NCBI GenBank assembly: GCA_951406725.2
Contig: OX597818.1
Span: forward strand, 118,296,001-118,360,000
DNA: 64,000 nucleotides
Direction of reading: 5' to 3'
From: Octopus vulgaris
Lineage: Eukaryota
Of this stretch, positions 54,011 through 64,000 are shown piece after piece (the first letter of the stretch is position 1; every line of letters begins with the position of its first letter). Under the pieces are notes generated by a model. It saw only the letters and a list, made by a program, of their open reading frames with translations, was not told the origin of the DNA and made no database searches. Made by a program: the position numbers and the translations under genes.

Positions 54011-55799
54011 ATATATATATAATACTTTGTGAATTTGATTTAGTATTTCTAAATTGAATTTTTCCCTGTAATTTGGGAATAATATTTTCTTATATATGTG
54101 TAAGACCTCCACCATTATCATTACCAATGACAATACAATCACCACTACAGCTAGTATGCATGCCACTAACTCTAATACCACATCTATAAAGACAAATGTA
54201 AACTGTATGCGGTAGTGCTAATTCCTAGAAATAGCAGACACGCCCCCTTCAAAACCAGCCTGCTGTTTTAAAATAAAACGTATATATATGAATGTTGAAG
54301 CATTTAAATGAAACGATGGAATTATCATGCACGTACAGACTTCTGTGTTACACCTGTTGTCACATGTAAATTCAGGTGGGTTTTTGTTTTACAATATTTC
54401 CGTGGCAAACATTGTAATTTCATTTAATTTCAGGAAAATTGAACATTCTTTCTTGTTTTTTGTTGACATTCAGTATAAACGTGTTAAGCAGGCAAAACAT
54501 TACTTTCGCCTAATTATACAAAATAAATTGCTTAGGAGCTGGAATGATGATACTATTTGAGGGACAGTTCTGCAGGTAGTATTGCGAATCTGATTATTCT
54601 TTAAGTAAAGAAGATTTCCTTGTTTTGACGCGAATAGTTTAATCTACTTAAACAGAAATACTACCGCCGTGCTACTTCAGATGAAATACATATGTTTAGG
54701 AGACTCTATTTCGCAACGTTTGGTGTGAACGTAAAAAGTTGAAGTCTGAAACAGGGACAAATCATTTTATAAGTGTATGTATGATTATTTTGTTTCCACT
54801 TCACTCAATTTAACTCTACAGAATATTTTGACAAGCTCTAGGAGGAAATCATTCGGTTTAAGATTCGACATTTATATGCATCGGCATACAGATACCTCGA
54901 GTAGGTTTAAGGTGGGAAATTGTTAATCCTTAAATCCTTTCACTTCTTCCCGAATAGCCTTGTCCCATAATATATATGCAGCAAGGTGTCATGGCAGGCG
55001 TCGTTGTTAGAAGAAGAATGGCCGTACAGATACAATACGTTATCCCGTCAGGTGTTAAAGATCCATACCATTCTAGATATTTACTAATTTGACACCGAAA
55101 GGATGGAAATAAAATTAAGAAATGGACGATTTCAACTCAGGATACATCTCTATATATAATCATCTATCATTAAAATTGCGCATTACATATTTGTAGAAAC
55201 ATTTTCGTGGACATAATTAATTCATTTGCGTTAACACACCGCTGCATTTAATATTCCGCTAATAGATTTCCAAAAGTCACGAATAATATAAATCTTATTA
55301 AATCTTTTAGCTGACAGGGTATGAAATGACGTTTGTCTGCAAATACATATATGCGCAAAAGATATATTGTGATGTAACGTCGTAAAACATTCCACCCCGA
55401 TAAAACTCATGCTTCATATTGTTTACTGAATTACATTCTCTCTCTACTTTGAAATTTGCTGTACTAATTTCCATGTTTTTGTACCTTAATATTTTTTAAT
55501 ACTTAGAGGACATTCCTTTATTTTCACTTTCTTCTTATTCGCATTGTTCTTATTTATTCTTTCTTTTCTTTTACATCAGAGATACACTACACTTATACTT
55601 TATGTGCCCGCAAACATACATAAGAGCCATATTTTTTTCTCAATTAATTTGAATTAATCTATCATGTGACCATTAGTAATTTTACGTTCAAAAACTTAGT
55701 AACGCTGGGGTTTGTAGTTTAGTGGTTTCGTTGTTAAGAAAGTGGTAATAGCATCAGTTGGTCGAAAAATTATTTAACGTGTTTATTTTTTCAAACTAG

Positions 55800-55937
55800 T
55801 CACCACCCCTGACAGAGCTTCGTGGAGCTTTAGCTGTTTTCGCTCAATAAGCGCTCACAACACCCGGTCTGGGAATCGAAACCTCGAACCTACGACTTCA
55901 GGTCCGCTGCCCTAACCACTTGGCAATTGCCCCTCCA
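55800..55937 (-). mobile_element. SINE family C, 5' part
   Basis: Matches 26890-27027. Confidence 0.75.
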
Positions 55938-56048
55938 TCATACATACATACGTGCATACATACATACATACATACATACATACATACATACATACATGCA
56001 TACATACATACATACATACATACATACATACATACATACATACATACA

Positions 56049-56078
<30 letters not shown>
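55938..56078. repeat. (TACA)n microsatellite
   Basis: Direct inspection. Confidence 0.95.
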
Positions 56079-56079
<1 letters not shown>

Positions 56080-56388
56080 GGCTTCGTGCTTTTGCTTGAT
56101 TGGTCTGGCATCCTTCAAATTTAGTTGTCTCCAAAGCGTTATCATGCATAGAAAATAAAGAATATATGGATGTACTTACAAATTTATTTGTATGCTATAA
56201 AAGGACAACAAAAACAAAAACAGTACAAAATCAATTGTTTGGATGTTGAAAAGCTCAAAGAAAAGTAAAGTACGATAAAGAAGAAAAAAAGACCCTATAT
56301 AAATGTTTCAATCATATCATCTAGTTGATGGGAATTTCCAAGCATTTTGTTTGATGCCAAAAAGGTTACCACATTGTAAATTTATTGT

Positions 56389-56690
56389 GTGGAGGTACAT
56401 GGCCTAGTGGATAGTGCAACGGACTCGCGGTCGAGGGATCGAAGGTTCAAATTCCAGACCGGGCGATTTGTGAGTTTATAAGCGAAACACCCAAGTTCCA
56501 TGCGGCTCCGGCAGAAGGTAATGGCAAACTTCTGCTGGCTCCTTCGCCACAACTTTCTCTCATTCTTTCCTCCCCTATTTTGCAGCTCACTTACGACGGA
56601 CCGGCGTCCCATCCAGGTGGGGAACCTATTCGCCAAGGAAACCGGGAAACCGGCCCTAATGAGCCAGGCGTGGCTCGAGAAGGAAGAGAA
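56389..56690 (+). mobile_element. SINE family D
   Basis: Match to copies at 22925 and 33424. Confidence 0.85.
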
Positions 56691-57974
56691 AAGAAAAACA
56701 CGAAAAATATATTGTGGGAGGACTTCGTCAGGGTTCATATATAGCTCATGCAACTTAGTTACTCAGTTTATCTCTTTTGAGGGAAGTGTAGAGTATTAGT
56801 GGAGTAAAAGTTAAAAAGCTACGCACACACACACACATATACGCACACACACACACGCACACTCATACTTGAGACAAGAATTGTTCGAAAAGAAACACAA
56901 GGCAAATTGATATATGAAAATGAAAACACAGATAATGGAAATGTAAGAGAAGTTTTCACTTAACCTTATATTTCGGGCTTCATAGATCGGCTCCAAAAGA
57001 AAATCATCTCTGGTATAGCGTTGTTATCGTTTCCTCGAATGTAAGTGTTGCTGTGGAAATTGTGTCATTTTCATATAAATATGGTTTCTCTTTGAACGGT
57101 GGCTGATATCAAAAATGATTTACGAGGCCTCCTTTAATCCTTGAAATTGTCGATATTAGATTAGGCTGTATAGAATAATGGATTTGAATATGACATTTAC
57201 ACTAAATGTATTTGTAATGGTATATTTGCTCCTGTTCCTTTGTGCTCAGATGGATATTTAGGTCTTTAGGCTTTATACATACCTATGTAAATATGTAATA
57301 TCTTGGACTCATTGGTGTATGTGAATTGCTGTTGATGTGTTGAGTAAAGCACTGGTACGGTTTTTTGGATTATCAGGTATCATCCGCAGTTGGGGTATAT
57401 TTCTGTTACGCACCCAGATATTTAGAAACTCATCCTAAGTAGAGAATTGTATCAAATCCATTATTTATTTGCCTCCTTGACCGTTTATATATATATATAC
57501 GATTCGTTTTATATATATATATATATATATGACTTTCGTTTTCACATCCCTCCTAGCGTGAGGCATTTATGTATAGAAATGCCTTTAATGTAAATAAATA
57601 TATTTAAAGGAAAAAATTGTAATTTTTTCCTTATGAGGTTTTTCACGCTAACTACTTCATAATTTCTTATGAAGATCTTATCCTATTTTAAAATTGTATA
57701 TATATATATATATATATACATATATATATAATTTTAAAATAGGAAAGGAACACAGAAAGAAACAAGGAGAGAAAATAAAGAATGTGTAGTGGCTACACCG
57801 CTCTATCATGGCGAATGCTGGACAGAGGGGTCACACAAGTGAGCTAGGAAGAAGGGGAGATAACAAAGTTGTGGTGCATGTGTATAAGAGAGTATGAATG
57901 TGCATGTGGAAGAGGGATGGTGACCTTGACGTGTGCAGTAGGTATTTCGATTACCTCAATGTGGTGAGTTGTAA

Positions 57975-59275
57975 TATATATAAGAAATTAAAAAAGTAAA
58001 ATACACACACTCTACATAGTTTTAATATAATTTTAAGTATATGGACAAGTTTTGTTTTCGCGATTGATGATATTAAGGTTTACTTATTTGAATATGTATT
58101 TTCTTAAGAAGAAATCTTTGTTCTTGATGTGTGATGATATTTACGAGTGAATGACTTCACAAGTAGAAAAATAAGGGGAGGTAATTGGTTATACTTATTA
58201 TTGTTATTGGTGTGGGTAAGAGAGATAACTCTTCAGGAGTATATATGTACACATATAAAGTTTCGAAAAACTTGTTTAGTGAGGGATTGAAGTACTGTGA
58301 TGTAATCGTGAATTTAAACATGAAAAAAGACAAAAGTTGGTTATGCGTGCATATTAAGTCGTGTTCTGTATTTTTCGATGAAAATTATTTCTTTATTTAA
58401 AAGCTTTTGTGGAGAAATTGTGTCTTTGCACTGGTAGAAGGGGAAGACTGTGAAATTTGGTTTGATGTTATCTGCATATTTTTCTATATGTTCACTGAGA
58501 GGAATTTACCTGTATTGCGGGAGACGGATTTGCTCTTTATGTAGAGCCATTTTCCGTCTGAAGGTCATACGTGTCTGTCCAATATGCTTGTGTCCTCATC
58601 CCGACCAGGTTATTACATAAATTAGGTTCTCAGAAGAACAGGTGAAACTAGTTTTAATTGTGAAGCTCTCTCCGTGGAAAGGAGAGAGTTATCTTTCATA
58701 AGTTAATTACTTTCGGTTTCTCCTATAAGTTTTGTTCCAACATGTGTCCCTGATTCGTTCCATTCTGTCTAAAAAATGTTCATTGCAATTTGGTTGGTAG
58801 AAGCTAATATTGTTGTTGTTATTGTTATTAATGAAATCAGTATTATTATTATTTATTATATTGTGATTGCTGGGAGGTTGGTGTTGCTGCCTGGGTAAAC
58901 TGGTTGGGAAAACTTGGTTTGGGTTTCTTACTTGGAATGAATTGTTGAGGTGCTTAATTATGTTTGGAATGCTGGGGAGCTGGTTGTGCTGTCTGGGTAA
59001 ATAAGATGAGGACCTCCCTTACCCACAACAATAACAATACTAACGATAACCAATTACCTCCTCTTATTTTTCTACTTGTGAAGTCATTAACTCGTAATTA
59101 TCAACACACACAACATGGACAAACATTTCTTCTTAAGAAAATACAAATTCATATAAGTAAATCTTAATATTATGAATAGTGAAAGCGAAACCGGTCGATC
59201 TATTAAAAATTATATTAAAACTATGTAGAGCGTGTGTGTTTTACTTTTTTCATTTCTTCTTTTAATTTTTAATAT
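57975..59275 (-). mobile_element. Decayed Penelope-like retroelement with inverted pseudo-LTRs and a GIY-YIG endonuclease relic
   Basis: Inverted arms ~57975-58225 / 59013-59275 between TA runs. Minus 58510-58675 reads GESFTIKTSFTCSSENLIYVITWSG*GHKHIGQTRMTFRRKMALHKEQIR. A decayed minimal hammerhead (gt gaaa gc GAAAC CG GTC gat) lies at about 59168-59200. Confidence 0.8.
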
Positions 59276-60022
59276 ATATATATATATATATAAATATATA
59301 CATACACACACGCACATATATATACATAAATATACATAATTATATATATACTTACATATAATTTTTTTCTCTCCCTATTCGTTACTTGTATAGAGCCCTG
59401 TAACTTCACGTCCCCCCTCCTCCTCCCTTATTTATGTCTTTAGCTTTATATTGTAAATAAGAATGCCCCTTCCCCATCCATGAATTTAGCTTATAGTCTA
59501 TATGGATAAAGTGATCTTGCATGCGAGCTAGATTGCTAGATTAGACATTCTAATCCATTCCTGCTTTCCACATAATTCTCTTCTGCTTATATGTTTCTCT
59601 TTCTTTTCTTCTCTCTTTTACGCGTACATGCATTTGTGTGTATATTTTAGTTTTGTATTTATATGTCTGAATATGTATGTGGTCTGCGCACATCTATCTG
59701 TGTATGTTGGTGTAAATATGTATAGTTTAGTATGAGTATGTACTGTTGTATAATATTTTAATGCATTTTAATATTTTAATTTCAATTTCCATGTATTAAT
59801 TATATTTTCTTTATTAATGACAATATGTATTTTAACCAAAGATTCGATGTAAGGTTTTTTCCTCGACTTTTATAATTTTATATATATATATTTTGGAGCT
59901 CATTTTTGTTTATCGCTCGAAATTGACCGTCATTTGAAAGGACCAATCAAACAAGTCCATTTTTAAAGGTGTAGCGTTTATACTAGTCTTGATAGAATTG
60001 GCATATCGCTTCTATTCTAGCA

Positions 60023-60069
60023 AAAACTGTCCGACGAACGCGAACGTGAAACTCAGAGTAACAGGTTTT
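60023..60069 (+). ncRNA. Minimal type I hammerhead ribozyme (U4C core variant)
   Basis: aaaactgt CCGACGA acg-cgaa-cgt GAAA ctc-a-gag TA acaggtttt; GUA triplet ends at 60060; lies between TA tracts. Confidence 0.72.
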
Positions 60070-60102
60070 GTTGAATTTTCTGCTGCTTTTAAATAGAGTA
60101 TA

Positions 60103-60143
<41 letters not shown>

Positions 60144-60159
60144 ACACACATATACACAC

Positions 60160-60248
<89 letters not shown>

Positions 60249-61171
60249 TATATACGTATGTATACTTGTGATATTACGTACCGACAAAGGAAAATAGATT
60301 TATGTAGGTCTAGGAAATTTGAAGAGAGGCATGCGAAAGCAAGCAAGAAAAGTAACGGAGTGGTTTCGCTAAGTTCAAAGGTGCAAATTAATGATCTTTA
60401 AGGGCGTTCGTTCAGGTAGAAAATATTAACAAGGAAAGTGTGGTTATATGTGAAATCTATAGAAAAGCGATTGAGGATTGGAATAATTTCCAATAAAATA
60501 CTTCCTTAGAATGAATGGAAGTTAGAATAAATTCATCTTACCTTATATTCTTGTGAAAGAAAACGAAATTAGACTTACTTAAAGATCACTTAACGGAAAA
60601 CAATTTTATCATTATTGCTTAACTCTACGAAGACGTGTTTGAATTCCGCTTCCGTAATATAATTGATTAAAGAGAAACGAACGTATACATATCACTTAAA
60701 AATATCTTCATACACTGGCGTCCTTTGACATATGATTTACACACATAGATCAATTAATGCTACAAAAGAGACTGTCAGCAATCTGTAGAGGGAATAACTC
60801 GAGAGCCTGAATCCACGTCGTCTTCGTATAGGAGTGTGTGTGTATGTCTCTGTGTGTAAGTGTATGTAAGTATGTAAGTATGTTTGTATGTATGTATGTA
60901 CCTACATATAAGATATGTGTCTCTGTATATAGTCAGTATGTTTTTTTGCAACGAAAACGTACTTAGGTAGGTATATACAGAAATACTGCAGATTACATTT
61001 TAACAAGATATTAACAATGAACGTAAAAACATTCATTCCTTCATTGATTTGTTAACTCAATATGAAGAGGTTCAATTGGCTAAAAAGAGAATTATTCACG
61101 TATATAAATTTATGTACATTCTCTAAACCTTATCTGTTCAGCATATGTTTAGAGCTTAAATATACACACAT

Positions 61172-61262
61172 ACATACATGCATACATACATACATACTCA
61201 CATACATACATACATACTCACATACATACATACATACATACATACATACATACATACATACA

Positions 61263-61292
<30 letters not shown>
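61172..61292. repeat. (TACA)n microsatellite
   Basis: Direct inspection. Confidence 0.95.
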
Positions 61293-61294
<2 letters not shown>

Positions 61295-61974
61295 GATGGC
61301 TTGATTGTAATATTTACTTCTGTATCCTGAATGAGAAATATATAAAATATATATTTCTAAATATAGAAGTCAGTAATTCACTGTCTTCTAATGCACAATT
61401 TCATTACCAGTTCTTTGTCGCCAAAGTCAATATATATTCTGCACAATAACTTTTGCATTCTTATCTGATATCGTATTGTCTTTTGGTCTGTTTGATATTT
61501 AATCTTATTTGTATTTCCTTTAAATATATCCTTGAAAACAATGAAAAAAGATACATAGTTGTAACATTGATAACATAGGCGAGAAAATAGTTGAAAATAT
61601 TTATCACAATTGCAGTTTTCTTTGGGCAATAAAATATGGTTCCATCTTAGAATTTGTTTACATCATGTCTGGCGATTAATGAAACGTGTGACAAAATTCA
61701 AAAACAGGTATTATGTTTTATGCTGAAGCTTACTAGTGAAATTCTCACACAGCACAGTTATGTAATATTTATAAATAGATGCATATATGCAGGATAAAAC
61801 AGATGCGATCTTGTGGAATAAATAAAAGTTCAGTTAATTTACTACTATGTAATGAAATGAAAATCGAAAGTTTCAAATATTGAAGTATTTAACGTAAAAA
61901 CTTATGAAATCGTACAAAAAATTACAGAAATAATGATAGGAAAACATGTACATTTACGCAAAGATTCATACATA

Positions 61975-62368
61975 GGCGTAGGAGTGGCTGTGTGGTAAGT
62001 AGCTTGCTTACGAACTACATGGTTCCAGCTTCACCCCCACAGCGTGGCACCTTCGGCAAGTGTCTTCTACTATAGCCTCGGGACGACCAACGCCTTGTGA
62101 GTCGATTTGGTAGACGGAAACTGAAACCAGCCCGTCGTATATATGTATGTGTATGTGCGTGTATATGTTTGTGTGTCTGTGTTTGTTCCTCCAGCATTGC
62201 TTGAGAACCCTTGCTGGTGTGTTTACGTCCCCGTAACTTAGCGGTTCTGTAAAAGAGACCGATAGAATAAGTACTAGGCTTAAAGAGAATAAGTCTTGGA
62301 GTCGATGTGCTCGACTAAAAGCGGTGCTGCTCAGTCATATGACTGAAACAAGTAAAAGTGGTTAAGAG
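61975..62368 (+). mobile_element. SINE family B, full length
   Basis: Match to other family B copies. Confidence 0.88.
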
Positions 62369-62956
62369 AGTGAGTACACAGAGCGGGAGATCTATAATAT
62401 TCATACATAAATAGTGGCGAATCTAAAATATTGGGGTTCTGAGGCATAAAATGTTATGGGGGGCCACCTATACAACCAGCAACAGTAGGATAACATTCAA
62501 CAAAGGTCAAATAATTTTCTTGCCCTTGCATGGAATTCCGGGCTTGAGGCCCTGATTGCCCAAATGGTGAATTGGTGATGTGGAGTCCTAAAAGTTGAGT
62601 CTGACAGTGAGCCCTCTTTCTTCCCGAAACAAGATGTGGGTAATTACCGATATCTTTACCGATGTGGTTGTTCCATGGCAGATCAGCACAATTTTCTTTA
62701 CAAATTTAAGGACTACATTTCAGATTGTGAATCTCAAAGTCACTGGTATGAACAAATATTTTCCAGGCTATGCCTTATGCCTTTGGAGTCATGAGAGTTG
62801 AAAATAAGGGACCCATTATATACAAGTATGATGCATCATATAAAACATAACAAATACCACAGTCAATATAATCTAATATTAATCTTATATTCAAGATAGA
62901 TATGAAAATTACAAAATACTGTTTTGTGGAGGTTTTATGGTAATGTATTCCCTTAC

Positions 62957-63380
62957 AGTTTTGTCATATGTGAGCTTTGTACAATGTCATTTATATGATT
63001 CCAATGGCGAATTAATTGAGTAACAAATAAACAAAACATGATACAACCAGCATCTACAATATAGAACAAAATGTGTGAATCGGGATGATTCGTAAAATAT
63101 AGAAAAAACTGCAAAAAAATACTTTAGTTAGGGACTTGCTGTATTATTTGGAATAAAATCTATTTATTTTATGATCCAAAAAATAATCATTATGTTCACT
63201 CAACCTGCATGCAATTCCAGTGAATACAACACCGATGCGTAGCCTATATTCATACAGATCAAAGAAAAAATTATAATATATCCCCGGGTATTTTATACCA
63301 GAATGATAGAGACTGTAGCCACCATTTATTATACCTTTGATTAATGAATACAAACCTGCAATATCCACGAGAATTAACAA
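62957..63380 (-). CDS. Two candidate coding exons of a hydrophobic/membrane protein (63380-63200/63205 and 63053-62957)
   Basis: Acceptors aatcgcag| and ttctatattgtag|, donor ct|gtaagg; open frames LLILVDIAGLYSLIKGIINGG...RIGVVFTGIAC and AGCIMFCLFVTQLIRHWNHINDIV. No homology recognised. Confidence 0.25.
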
Positions 63381-63726
63381 CTGCGATTTAAAATATTTTT
63401 TTCGTTAACACTAAAAAATGAGAATATAGGGTTTTGTGACAATATCAAAAGAAATATAAGAAAATACGTAAATACGTATTGGGAGTTATTGTTTGGTGTG
63501 TGCAGTATCATGTTTTCAAAAATACCGAAAAACATCATTAAAACTCAAACTACACCAACAGACATGAATCGGATTTCTAAATATAAATTTACTGCAAATA
63601 TATTTATTTTCATTTCACAAGTTTGTGGACAATTTAGGCATTAGAGTTTACATAGCTTTTTAGACTAACAAAATAGAACTCGAAGTTTTTCAGTGCAATT
63701 CACCGGTTTCAAATATATACATATAC

Positions 63727-63775
<49 letters not shown>

Positions 63776-63788
63776 TATATATGTATAC

Positions 63789-63843
<55 letters not shown>

Positions 63844-64000
63844 TATGCCCATGCTTGTACACATATATAAATATATGTATCTAACAAAATATATACAATC
63901 TTTGACGCCCTTAGAAACAAATGCATACACAAACGCACACACATGTTTACGTACATTCATACACTCATACCACCCATTTCCCACTCATATACACAAACTC

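Noticed and set aside
62413-62580. hAT-type MITE (tagtggcgaatcta start, gggggcc subterminal motifs)
   Set aside because: No matching right TIR or TSD.

Overview
AT-rich eukaryotic (metazoan) intergenic/intronic DNA packed with (TA)n, (CA)n, (TACA)n, (TATC)n, (TAA)n and (GAA)n microsatellites. The repeat complement resembles an octopus/cephalopod genome (inference). No host gene is identifiable with confidence, and nearly all listed ORFs are microsatellite or SINE artefacts. Supported content: a >99% identical segmental duplication (1-3185 = 11281-14464), a young 5'-truncated Dong/R4-type LINE (RT + RLE endonuclease, 16673-19023) inserted at the tail of an older copy, mariner relics, other LINE relics, a Penelope-like GIY-YIG relic, and about 25 copies of at least five tRNA-derived SINE families. 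The main signal is a set of mutually unrelated, mostly non-coding fold-back (inverted-repeat) elements sitting in (TA)n-type microsatellites, each carrying a type I hammerhead ribozyme or a decayed one. The youngest (27961-29146) has two intact, oppositely oriented hammerheads and a terminally redundant 596-nt unit, which suggests a retrozyme-like / non-autonomous Penelope-derived system. All folds were derived by eye.
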